64,000 nucleotides of DNA from IMG/VR virus record IMGVR_UViG_3300035696_000017, positions 1 through 64,000 of that record; one strand, given 5' to 3'. This stretch comes from a virus. Below the pieces are notes generated by a model. That model made no database searches and was not told the DNA's origin. It worked only from the letters and a program-made list of their open reading frames with translations. Shown here piece after piece: positions 1 to 9,914 of this stretch. Positions within the stretch are counted from its first letter, which is position 1, and the number at the start of each line of letters is the position of its first letter. Position numbers and translations under genes: made by a program.

Positions 1-213
1 GACAACGACACGGGAGACATCGCAGTCCCGTTTGACCTCACCTACAACTCGACGAGGCTGTCGAACGACTCACAGAACATGTTCTTCACCTTGGACACGT
101 CGAACCTCACCGTCAACCACGCCTACGTCATCGACATCCTGGTCGTCACTGACGGGGCAAAGCAGCTTTACAGGAACGCGAGCGCGGTATTCAGAGTGGT
201 CGCCTGGGAGTAG
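1..213 (+). CDS. 3' end of a virion structural protein (partial)
   Basis: Open frame 1 (DNDTGDIAVPFD...VFRVVAWE) ends at TAG 211-213, directly upstream of the structural cluster. Confidence 0.65.
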   Translation, partial: DNDTGDIAVPFDLTYNSTRLSNDSQNMFFTLDTSNLTVNHAYVIDILVVTDGAKQLYRNASAVFRVVAWE

Positions 214-244
214 TTTCTGATACGTAAGGCCAGGTCACTCGCCG

Positions 245-3200
245 ATGCCCGTCTCAGTCAACCCATACATCCCGTCCTTCCTGAGGGCGGCCATGACCGG
301 CAGCCGGCCCCTGGTGCTGACTGGACAGCAGCTCGCTGACACCAACATCCAGTCATCGGCGTCGTTCCAGTACGATCCCCCGTATGCTGGGTTGAAGTCG
401 ACGCAGCAGCTCAACGTCGACTGGTCGCAGTTCCAGAACCACACGTTCTTCATGTCGGCTGAGGCGAAGGTCAACCTCAGCTTCGACCAGATCGTCAACG
501 GGTTTCCGTTTGACGGGACGAGGCAGGAGACCGAGGTCTTCTTCGACAACCTGACGGGCTTCGATGCCTGGGTCTTCCAGCAGTTCCCGACCTTCCATGG
601 CGAGCTGTTGTTCTCAAGCTCGGTGATCCCGGGCAATTGGGTCGCCGTCGGAGACACGGCGATCTACGTCCCAACCGTCAGCATTCCAGCCTCGGGTTCA
701 GCGCTGCCCCAGACTGGTCAAGCACCCGGTACCTGGATCGCGGTGCAGAACAAGGTAGGTGCCCTGTTCCCGGAACTGGTGAACAACCAGAACGACACCA
801 CGGGTGAGCCCATCCTCAACCCGACAGGCAGCCAGTCGTTGACGATCGAGATGCAGATCTACCTGCCACCTATCGCCAACGACGTCCAGGTCATCTGCCA
901 GATGTTGAACCAGGACGACGAAAACATCGGCAACCTGGGCGGTTCAACGCAAGGCTTCTCGTTGTTCCTGACCCAATCACTGTCCACGGGTTCAGTCGAT
1001 GCCACCTTCGTCGTGGTGTCGGGTTCCAGCTACATGACGGTGCCCCTGACCCTCAACAAGGGCCAGTTCAACCACGTGGCTTTCGAATGGAACCGTGACA
1101 GCGGCATGCCCTTCTTGGAATCATTCGCCCTGTCGATGCCCGTCGCCGAGTCCGTGACACAGACCGAGCTGGACGACCTGGCGATCGACAATTGCAACTT
1201 CCTGTTGGGCATTGGCACTCCAGTGCAGTACGGCGACGTCCTGGTGTCACCCGTCGAGACGCTGAACGCGACCATCGATGAGTTCCGCTACTTCTTCTCT
1301 GCACGGACACCGCAGCAACAGGCGGCCTATGCTAGCAAGGCTCTGTACTCGACGCCCGACCTGATGCTGTACTTCAGGTTCAACGAGCCCACCGGCAGCC
1401 TCAACGCATCCAATCAACTCGTGTTGCTCGATGGTACCAACAACCAGAACAGCACCATCAACGCCATCGTTCTGGACTACAGCGGCAACTCGCTCCACTC
1501 GGTGATCGCTAACTTCACCTCGAGCCTACGCCAGGACGCCACATTGGACCCGCTGAACCCGGTCACCAATGAACGGCCTGACCAGTGCCCGATCCTGTTC
1601 CCGGCCTACCCGCCTGTCATCGCCCTCAACACGACACTGTTGCAGAGCGCCAGCCTGTATGATGCAGAGAATCCCAACCTCGTCACCAAGCTGATCCCAC
1701 AACACTACTTCCTGGAAGGCCAGCAACAGGACGGAACCAGCGAAGACCAAGACCTCGGTGCCGCGCCCTTCGGAGGCACCGGCATCCCAGGTCAGGGCGT
1801 CATGAGCAACACCCAGATCCTGGTGTCATTGCTCTACATCTACGCTCGCTTCTTCGATGAGATCAAGCTGTTCGTCGACAGCTTCTCGACCCTGCAGACC
1901 GTCGACTACGACACCAACAACGTCATCGCCCCGGACACGGTGCCGTCGCAGTTCCTCTACACGCTCGTCAAGAACTACGGCTTCCACATCCCTCCGCTGT
2001 TCCAGGACGCTGACATCGACCAGTACATCCGTGGTGAGAACGTTGAGATCGACGACTACTCGACCAACGCTAACACCCTGAAGTTCGTCACTGACGCATT
2101 GTCACGGCGTATCCTGAAGACCCTCCCCAGCGTGTTGCGGTCGAAGGGCACCCAGTACTCGATCCAAGCCTTCCTACGTGCTATTGGCATCGATCCCAAC
2201 AATGTGATGCGGATGCGCGAGGTCGGCGGGCCGACGACCCAACAGCTGCAATTCATCCGTGACAACAAGGTCGAACCAGGAACCATGGTGTGGTTCTCGG
2301 GCAGCTTCAACGGTAACATCCCGGTGACGAGCTCGATCTACGTAGCATCACAGTACCTGTCAGCGTCCCGAGTCGAGCCCGGTTTCCCGCTTCCACAGGG
2401 CAGCTTCATCGTTGACCCGGAGACGGGTCGCAACACCGGAACCACGGTGCCCAGCGACAACGTGTTGACGTCGGGCTCCTGGACCATCGAGGGCATCGTT
2501 CGCTTCGCACCCATTGACATCTCGATGATGACCAGCGCCACGCAGTCACTGATGCGCATGTGCGTTGTGGGTGGTGGAGACACCTTCGGCGACGATGCAT
2601 CGACCGTCTTTGGCCAGTACACCCCCTTCGGCTACGACGTCTCCTACGACCGTCACATGGGCCTGGTCGCCAACCTGTTGGTGATGTCGTCCTCGTTCGA
2701 TGACGCGGGTAACCTGCCCAAGATGGTGCTGTACATGCGGCCCAACGCGTTGTCGGGCGATTCGAGTGAGTTGTCACCCATCATCCGCCTGGAGCTTGAC
2801 ACCGCGGCACCCAACCTCTTCACGGGTCCCGCCACGGTCGGTGTCTTCAACGGCGACAGATGGAACTTCAGCTTTGGTTGCCAACGTGGCGATGATGGCT
2901 TGGGCTCGATCAACCAGTCGCTGTACTTCTTGCGACTAGCCTACCAGAACAACGGCGAGATCCAGTACCTCTTCCAGACCAGCTCGTTCTTCCTCGAGAG
3001 CCCCTACGGCGGAGACAACATCTTCCGCGGGTTCATGACGACCAGCAGCTTCCCGGGACCGTTCCTCACAATGGGCCCAGGACAATTCATCCCACAAGGC
3101 ACTGGTACCGGTTCACTGTTCCTGAACAACACTCTGGCGGCCCCTGATGAGGCACGGTTGACGGACTTCACGGGTCGGCTCTCCAACGTCCGCTTCTGGA

Positions 3201-4048
3201 GCAAGGCGTTGACCATGACGGAGTGGGAGGAACACGTCAGGAACTACAACTCCGTCGGCGTCGAGAACCCGCTGGCCAACTGGAACTACGTCGACAACGT
3301 CACGGGCTCGTGGGGCCGGCTCCGCATGATGACGATGCAGAAGCAGGACACTCGGGACGCCGATGCCTCGGGCAGCATCACCTTCGTTGACTTCAGCGAG
3401 AACCTGTTGTTCTTGACGGGCTCGGGCTTCACTCCCAACATGGAGGTGGTCGTCGGTGAGATCTTCGACTACAGCATGTTCAACCCTTACTTCGACGAAG
3501 CGGCGACCAACAACAAGGTCCGGGCCCGGTCGTTCCTCAACTTCGACCTGGTGGAACAGACCCCTTGGGCTCAGCTGGCACCCGTCTACGAGGTGCCGCC
3601 CAGCGAGATGCCGACAGACGACGTCCGCTTCATCATGGAGTTCTCGTTGATCGAGGCCTTGAACCGTGACATCATCACCATCTTCGCCACGCTCGACGCC
3701 CTGGGCAACGCAGTGGGCGACCCAGACCTGCTGTTCTCAGTTGACTACCCTCAAGTCGAGAACCTGCGTGACATCTACTTCAACCGCATCAAGGCCAAGC
3801 TCAACTTCGACGCCTTCCTGATCTTCTTCCGTTGGTTCGACACCACCATCGGGCAGTTCATCTCGCAGCTGGTCCCTCGCAAGACCAACTTCAAGGGTGT
3901 CAACTTCACCGTAGAGTCACACATGCTCGAGCGCCACAAGATGAGCTACGAGGCGCAAGCACAGATTTACGTTGGTGACTCGAACAGGACCAACCTGAAT
4001 GCCCAACTACTGCTCCAGCAGATCGCGGGTGACGTGAGCAAGTACTGA
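245..4048 (+). CDS. Large virion protein with LamG/ConA-like domains (baseplate/tail-associated)
   Basis: 1267 aa; LamG-like motifs (FNHVAFEW, IDEFRYF, LSNVRFWSKAL, YFRFNE); baseplate-wedge-like LPSVLRSKGTQYSIQAFLRAIGI. Confidence 0.65.
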   Translation: MPVSVNPYIPSFLRAAMTGSRPLVLTGQQLADTNIQSSASFQYDPPYAGLKSTQQLNVDWSQFQNHTFFMSAEAKVNLSFDQIVNGFPFDGTRQETEVFFDNLTGFDAWVFQQFPTFHGELLFSSSVIPGNWVAVGDTAIYVPTVSIPASGSALPQTGQAPGTWIAVQNKVGALFPELVNNQNDTTGEPILNPTGSQSLTIEMQIYLPPIANDVQVICQMLNQDDENIGNLGGSTQGFSLFLTQSLSTGSVDATFVVVSGSSYMTVPLTLNKGQFNHVAFEWNRDSGMPFLESFALSMPVAESVTQTELDDLAIDNCNFLLGIGTPVQYGDVLVSPVETLNATIDEFRYFFSARTPQQQAAYASKALYSTPDLMLYFRFNEPTGSLNASNQLVLLDGTNNQNSTINAIVLDYSGNSLHSVIANFTSSLRQDATLDPLNPVTNERPDQCPILFPAYPPVIALNTTLLQSASLYDAENPNLVTKLIPQHYFLEGQQQDGTSEDQDLGAAPFGGTGIPGQGVMSNTQILVSLLYIYARFFDEIKLFVDSFSTLQTVDYDTNNVIAPDTVPSQFLYTLVKNYGFHIPPLFQDADIDQYIRGENVEIDDYSTNANTLKFVTDALSRRILKTLPSVLRSKGTQYSIQAFLRAIGIDPNNVMRMREVGGPTTQQLQFIRDNKVEPGTMVWFSGSFNGNIPVTSSIYVASQYLSASRVEPGFPLPQGSFIVDPETGRNTGTTVPSDNVLTSGSWTIEGIVRFAPIDISMMTSATQSLMRMCVVGGGDTFGDDASTVFGQYTPFGYDVSYDRHMGLVANLLVMSSSFDDAGNLPKMVLYMRPNALSGDSSELSPIIRLELDTAAPNLFTGPATVGVFNGDRWNFSFGCQRGDDGLGSINQSLYFLRLAYQNNGEIQYLFQTSSFFLESPYGGDNIFRGFMTTSSFPGPFLTMGPGQFIPQGTGTGSLFLNNTLAAPDEARLTDFTGRLSNVRFWSKALTMTEWEEHVRNYNSVGVENPLANWNYVDNVTGSWGRLRMMTMQKQDTRDADASGSITFVDFSENLLFLTGSGFTPNMEVVVGEIFDYSMFNPYFDEAATNNKVRARSFLNFDLVEQTPWAQLAPVYEVPPSEMPTDDVRFIMEFSLIEALNRDIITIFATLDALGNAVGDPDLLFSVDYPQVENLRDIYFNRIKAKLNFDAFLIFFRWFDTTIGQFISQLVPRKTNFKGVNFTVESHMLERHKMSYEAQAQIYVGDSNRTNLNAQLLLQQIAGDVSKY

Positions 4049-5091
4049 TGGCAACCGTAGTCACACTCCCGATCATCTCGTCGTCCGCCAACCTGTTGGC
4101 CGCCGTCAACTCGTCGCAGCCCATCTTCCAACCGCTACCCGTCAACGACGAGCTGTTCTTTGATGAGGGCCCGCGGGTGATGAACACCCGGAAACCGACG
4201 CAAACCGACATCACCACGTCGCTGGGCAACCTGTCGAGCTCGTACCCCTGGACCCAGGGCGTCGAGATGAACAAGCAAGCGATGTACGACGCTGGCCTGG
4301 CAAAGATCTGGTCGGGTGAGCCTGGACACCAGCTGAAGCCCGCCGTCTTCGGCCAGGACAAGAACTTCTTCCCGGACCCCGGCTTCGCTGACATGGACCT
4401 GTTCAGCCCGCTCAGGTTCCTGCAGGCCCAAGAGAACGACTCGCCGCTGTGGTACAACATCATCACCTTCCCGATCATCACGGGCGACAACGACCAGCTC
4501 GAGAACTTCAACTTCAACGGCATCATCGAGGCGTTCCCGATCCGTCCTGTCGTCGCCTTCTTCTCGACTGACGTGCCGTTCGAGGCACACCAGCCCAGGG
4601 CGTTCTTGGTCGGCGGCAACGATGACATCCTGAACGGCAGCGATCGCATCCTGACCGTCGACTACTTTGACCACACCCCAGGCCATGGCATCACAGCGTA
4701 CCAGGATCAGGTCGACATCATCAACCCGGGCACTGAGATGTCTGGCACTTACGCCAGCGGTTCCTGGACGGGTGGAGTGCCCTACTCGGGCTCATGGGTG
4801 GGCATGGGTGCCTTCACTCCGATCGAGGTTCCCACTGGCTACACGTTGAATGGGTTCTTCCAGTGGGAACGCAGCCCGCTCTTGCCCTTCGTCGACCAGC
4901 GGCTGAGCAGGAACACCACCCCCAACGATGACTACGAGGACATCTTCATGATCGAAGCCTTGGCTCACATGTCGGGCAACACAGATAACTACGTCCGATA
5001 CGATCAGGTCTCTGCTCCCTGCGGGTGGGATTATGATAGGAACTCAGCCATTGGCACCGACTCACTTGTCTTCGGAGGGATGACGTACTGA
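4048..5091 (+). CDS. Hypothetical virion protein
   Basis: 347 aa, TGATG coupling to the upstream gene. Confidence 0.6.
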   Translation: MATVVTLPIISSSANLLAAVNSSQPIFQPLPVNDELFFDEGPRVMNTRKPTQTDITTSLGNLSSSYPWTQGVEMNKQAMYDAGLAKIWSGEPGHQLKPAVFGQDKNFFPDPGFADMDLFSPLRFLQAQENDSPLWYNIITFPIITGDNDQLENFNFNGIIEAFPIRPVVAFFSTDVPFEAHQPRAFLVGGNDDILNGSDRILTVDYFDHTPGHGITAYQDQVDIINPGTEMSGTYASGSWTGGVPYSGSWVGMGAFTPIEVPTGYTLNGFFQWERSPLLPFVDQRLSRNTTPNDDYEDIFMIEALAHMSGNTDNYVRYDQVSAPCGWDYDRNSAIGTDSLVFGGMTY

Positions 5092-5092
5092 T

Positions 5093-8000
5093 ATGCCGTC
5101 AGCAGGCACGCTAGCATCGGCTCGAACACCGCCTGAGAGGCGGTTCGAGAACTACATCCTGACGAGGGTGGTTGACACCAGCGCGGGCCTGACGTCCATC
5201 CGCGACAGCCAGTTCACGCAGATCCAATCACCCGGACCCGATGCTTCGGGAGGCCAGGACAACGCCAGCTCGCCGATCCCGATCGGGTTTGACTTCTCCT
5301 TTGACAACATCACGTACAAGGAGTTCGCTGTCTCGATGCACGGGTGGATGGTGTTGGTCGACCCGACCCAGGGCTACTTCAACACCTCTGAGGTGATCGG
5401 AATCGGGACGTCGTGGCTCAACACCCGGATCAACGAGATGTTCTCGTCGAAAGCCGTGTTGCTTGCTCCGTGGTTCGACGACAGCCGCGCGCTTGCTGCA
5501 ACACCCAGCAGCCTGGTCGACGTTGATTACACATATTCTGCCGTCAATGAGGCGCGGTACGCCGCGGGTTTGGAGCCACCGCCCATCTCCCTCAATGCCG
5601 TCTCTCACGGCATCAGCTACTACCATGACAACCAGAGCCCACGTGGACGTCGCCTGATCGTTCGGTGGTCGATCCTCAGCAACTTCTACAACGCAACGGC
5701 GTCATCAGTCCTCAAGTTCGAGGTCGTCATCTACGAGAGTGGGACCATCGAGTTCCGCTACACGCCCAGGACATCGATCGCTGCGCCCGTCTACGGGTAC
5801 CCCAGCTCAGGCAACAAGCCGCTGCCCGCGGTCTATGCCGGCTATGAGGGTGCAACCATCGGCATCTTCATGCCAAACGGCAACTGGCGGTTCCGTGATT
5901 TCTCGGTCGGCTTGGGCTACCGTGAGGGCGCTCGACAAGAGTACATCTACGGCGGCTTCGTCTACACTTCGGCCTACTCCGACACCGACCAGTCTGGCAA
6001 CCCGACGTACACCTCGGGAGGCGAGGACTTCGGCTACACCACGACGTACACCGTCAACCTGGTGCCGGGCATCAACTGGCCCGGCCTGTCGACCGAGGGA
6101 AGCATCTTCACCTTCTCACCCCCCATCAACCGTCGGGTCATCCTGCCCAGGAAGGATGTCAGGTCTCTCGATTCACGGTTGTCTCTGCCGACCGTTGCTC
6201 GGACGGGAGACGATCGCCTTGGCAACGCTCCCAGCTTTTTTGACGACCGCCGCTCGCCCGAGTACGCTAGCACCTTCGTCTCATCGGGTAGCACTGCCAC
6301 CAACGTGAATGGCACCATCGTCAACTACCCGACGACGATGGTCAGGTTCTTCGGTGGCACCACGCCGGGCGTGCTGGAACGGCAGGACCTGTTCAGCGGT
6401 GACATGCTGGTGACGGGAAGCATCGTCAAGAGCTCCATCGAGAACTTCATTGGCCAGCTGCCCCAGCAGTACATCCTGCCCTACAACGAGTCTCACCGGC
6501 CCGAGCAGGACCAGCTAACGTTGTCATCATCGTTCTATGCCACGGGCTCGTCGATCTCAGGTGTCGGCGAGGGCTTCGACTACCCGTTGAAGTCCAAGAC
6601 CATGGTCAGGATCGCGTTGCCCGTCAGCGATCCCGTCCAGATGCCTGGGGTGACATCGAGCATCTACTACTACAACAGGACCGCCAAGTGTTGGGAGGTG
6701 CCGGCCAACAGCACCTATGCTCTGCCGATCGGTGCAACGACGCCGCCATTGGGCAACACCAACGGCGACTGGCAGAACCCGCTCACCAACCTCAACCTGG
6801 GTTCGATGCCCGAAGATGCTCGTGGCTTCAACGCAGTGGGCAGCATCGTCTCTTCGGGTAGCCACACTCCCAGCGTTCCTTCCGAGTACATCGAGTTCTT
6901 CACCACATCGGACCAGACCGATGCCGGGATCGGCGCAAACTACAACAACACCCTGCTTCCGAAGTTCATTGGAAAGTCGTACCCCAAGAGCGTCAGGAAC
7001 AACGCTCAGTACCAAGCAACATCAGACGAAACCTTTACCCTCCCGATCACTTCGCCCTTCTTGATCGAGAAGGCAACGTTCGAGATCCCGTTGGCAATGG
7101 GCCCAGGCTGGTTCAACGACCAGACCCAGACCTTCGTCCCATTCAACCAGGGCTCGCTCTCGGGCCATGAAGGCCTGGCAATCGACCTTGCTGGACCGGG
7201 TCTGACGGTTGCTCTGATGCGTCAGATCCAACTCGACTCTGGAGTCGGCGGCATTCCTGCCTCAGGCAGCACGCAACCCATTCCTTCAACCTCAACGATC
7301 CGTGACCTGATCCTGACGGGCACCATCACCCACTCAGTGGACTACGTGTCGGGTGTCCTCTTCACAAAGTACACTGGTTCAGGTTTCCCATACGAGTACA
7401 CTTTCCTCCGCCCGTTCGGCTTCCTGTCATTCGCCAACCCGGCAGGTGCTGTCGTCCAAGCGCCAGGGGACTTGTCATTCACGGGATCTGTCCTTGTACA
7501 AGCACAGGCCACGAGCGTGGCGGGTGTGGACCTCGCCTACTTCAACCTCATCTACGAGCCCCTGGGTTCAACGACCGCCTCGGGTACGATTGCGTTGTTG
7601 AACAACCCGACGTTGCCGCTGCCCAGCGCTGGCGTTCTCGGATCAAACACCTTCGTCAACGCAATGACAACGCCCAGCGTGGCACCCCTCGGCCGTGCCG
7701 GCACCGGGTTCCAACAGGCGGGTCGTGCAATCCTGGGCAATGAGTTCGGCACTCTGCAGAACGCAGCTGACCAGACGGGAAACTCTGTTCCCAGCCCGTT
7801 CTATGTGGGTCCCAACGAGAGCGACATCCCACAGTCGGTCCAGGCAGTGTTGAAAGCAGGCGAGAGCCAGGGAGGTTACGAGTTCCTCACCTTCGCTCAC
7901 GCAGTCGTCTCTTTGAAGAGCCACTTCGAATCACCCTACCTGGTGATGCCGGGTGACAAGCTTGTCCTCAGCATCTCCAAGATGCGACCGGTCGTCATCA

Positions 8001-9865
8001 ACGCCTCAGAAGGGCTGATGACCACGGGATCCCACGATGTCCAACTGATGCCGGGCAACATCCACATCACCCTGTACGGTAGCCAGATCGCAGAGGGTGT
8101 CGAGTACCATGACACCCTGAACCAGCCGCTGGCATCTGACGTGTGTCATGAACTGATCGGTGCTGACCCAGTCCTGGACCAGTTTGAGCCCGCCTACCGC
8201 AACGAGTTCTCGGGCAGCATGGCCGACAACGTGATGATGGGAAACCTGCTGACAGCAGAACCCGTCTTCGGCCTGGGCAACTTCTTCGTCCAAGGAGAAC
8301 GTGATCGCAAGATCAGTGCATTGGGAGCCACGCTCAGCGCCAGCATCTTCCATGACATCAGGACAGCCGCAGGCGGAGACACTGGCACCGGTCTTCCCCG
8401 GTCCCCGTTGCCTAACAAGATCGTCATCAACTCCGTTCCCTCAACGTTGTCGTTGTCATGGACTGATGCCTTGACGAACCCGTCCAAGGCCTACCGCACC
8501 CAGCCCTGGGTCGAGCAGGTGGGCCTCCAGAACTTCCGCGCCACCCAGTTCTTTGATGACTCTGAGCGGTACTGGGACTCGTTGATGCCCGCCATCGACC
8601 AGTGCTTTGCAGCCGACGGGTGTGGCATCTTCGTCGCTCGTTACGGTGCCTTCGGCAACTCAGAGCAGGTCAACGTGGTGTCGGGTTCCTACATCGGGCA
8701 GGCCCCGTTGGGTGCCTACCTGCCGCCCGGGACCGAGCCCCTGGGTTGGAGCATCTTCGACTACCAGTGGCCCTACCTCCTGGAGGTCGAGGGCAACTAC
8801 GGACCCCTCATCAACTGCAACTGGACGAAGGCATACCCGTTTGAGCCACGTTATGCCAACGCCGCACGGCAGCTCAACATCTCCAAGGGCCTCATCGCCA
8901 CGTACCTGTACCAGCCCGCAGTGACGACGCAGCTGCCCAATCCTCCCTACAACTACACCTACCCGGCGGGATCACCCATCGCACAGGCGATCTCCCCCAT
9001 CGCCTGCAGCGGCTTCCTGTTCGGGCCCGTTGCACAGGAGACGTCGGTTGAGTCGACCATCACTGGGTACAACCTGGATGAGTTCTACATCCCGATCTTC
9101 TTCCCGGGGTTTGGATGGTTCTACGTCACCATCTTCCTCTACGTCCCAATCCAGGGCCTGGTCTACTCGGCCAACGCGACGTGTTACAACTGGCTCGCCG
9201 ATGCCCAGGTCGGTCCGATGTTCAGCAGCGGTAGCCTCGAGGGTTACTGGAACCAGTACGGGTACTTCACCACGGGATCCGCCACCTTCAACGACATCTC
9301 CCGAGCGCTGTACGGTTTCGGTGACAAGAACACCTATTTCGTCGTCAACGACCTGATCGATGAGGGCACCTCGTTGCTGGGCACCGGTCACTTCGCTGAG
9401 TTTCGCAACGTCGAGGGCCCACACCCGGACGGCAAGGGCATCAACGGCGTTGACAACAGCGTCTTCTGCTACTCCCCAGTGATCAGGGGATGGAAGTACG
9501 GTGTCTACAGCGGGCTGCCGACCTTCTCAAAGGCCTACTGGCGCAAGGGCAGGTTTGGGCAGAACCGTGACATGCTAGAGCAACGGCCCTACTCTAAGTT
9601 CTACGAGTCGCCCGAGAACAACCCGTCTGAGCCCAACTTCCAGCCGGGCGTCAAGGAGGCCGTTGTCACCGTGAAGTTCATGAGCCCCGATGGCAGGTTG
9701 ACTGACCCGATCAACACCTGGAGCAGCAACGTGGACTTCGAGTGCACCTCGTCCTTCCCTTACATCGAGGGGGTGCCGACCAACCGTCCAGCCGTCAACA
9801 TCCTCGCCCTCAACCAGCACATCTTGACGTTCCGCCAGGACATCTTTGGTAACCTTCGTCTCTGA
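5093..9865 (+). CDS. Large virion/tail protein
   Basis: 1590 aa; N-terminal nidogen-like segment (PIGFDFSFD, LLAPWFDD, FEVVIYESGTIEFRY). Confidence 0.6.
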   Translation: MPSAGTLASARTPPERRFENYILTRVVDTSAGLTSIRDSQFTQIQSPGPDASGGQDNASSPIPIGFDFSFDNITYKEFAVSMHGWMVLVDPTQGYFNTSEVIGIGTSWLNTRINEMFSSKAVLLAPWFDDSRALAATPSSLVDVDYTYSAVNEARYAAGLEPPPISLNAVSHGISYYHDNQSPRGRRLIVRWSILSNFYNATASSVLKFEVVIYESGTIEFRYTPRTSIAAPVYGYPSSGNKPLPAVYAGYEGATIGIFMPNGNWRFRDFSVGLGYREGARQEYIYGGFVYTSAYSDTDQSGNPTYTSGGEDFGYTTTYTVNLVPGINWPGLSTEGSIFTFSPPINRRVILPRKDVRSLDSRLSLPTVARTGDDRLGNAPSFFDDRRSPEYASTFVSSGSTATNVNGTIVNYPTTMVRFFGGTTPGVLERQDLFSGDMLVTGSIVKSSIENFIGQLPQQYILPYNESHRPEQDQLTLSSSFYATGSSISGVGEGFDYPLKSKTMVRIALPVSDPVQMPGVTSSIYYYNRTAKCWEVPANSTYALPIGATTPPLGNTNGDWQNPLTNLNLGSMPEDARGFNAVGSIVSSGSHTPSVPSEYIEFFTTSDQTDAGIGANYNNTLLPKFIGKSYPKSVRNNAQYQATSDETFTLPITSPFLIEKATFEIPLAMGPGWFNDQTQTFVPFNQGSLSGHEGLAIDLAGPGLTVALMRQIQLDSGVGGIPASGSTQPIPSTSTIRDLILTGTITHSVDYVSGVLFTKYTGSGFPYEYTFLRPFGFLSFANPAGAVVQAPGDLSFTGSVLVQAQATSVAGVDLAYFNLIYEPLGSTTASGTIALLNNPTLPLPSAGVLGSNTFVNAMTTPSVAPLGRAGTGFQQAGRAILGNEFGTLQNAADQTGNSVPSPFYVGPNESDIPQSVQAVLKAGESQGGYEFLTFAHAVVSLKSHFESPYLVMPGDKLVLSISKMRPVVINASEGLMTTGSHDVQLMPGNIHITLYGSQIAEGVEYHDTLNQPLASDVCHELIGADPVLDQFEPAYRNEFSGSMADNVMMGNLLTAEPVFGLGNFFVQGERDRKISALGATLSASIFHDIRTAAGGDTGTGLPRSPLPNKIVINSVPSTLSLSWTDALTNPSKAYRTQPWVEQVGLQNFRATQFFDDSERYWDSLMPAIDQCFAADGCGIFVARYGAFGNSEQVNVVSGSYIGQAPLGAYLPPGTEPLGWSIFDYQWPYLLEVEGNYGPLINCNWTKAYPFEPRYANAARQLNISKGLIATYLYQPAVTTQLPNPPYNYTYPAGSPIAQAISPIACSGFLFGPVAQETSVESTITGYNLDEFYIPIFFPGFGWFYVTIFLYVPIQGLVYSANATCYNWLADAQVGPMFSSGSLEGYWNQYGYFTTGSATFNDISRALYGFGDKNTYFVVNDLIDEGTSLLGTGHFAEFRNVEGPHPDGKGINGVDNSVFCYSPVIRGWKYGVYSGLPTFSKAYWRKGRFGQNRDMLEQRPYSKFYESPENNPSEPNFQPGVKEAVVTVKFMSPDGRLTDPINTWSSNVDFECTSSFPYIEGVPTNRPAVNILALNQHILTFRQDIFGNLRL

Positions 9866-9914
9866 CCGGTAGGGTAATTTAGAGCTGATCCTCATCACCG
9901 GGGCGCGGGATTAG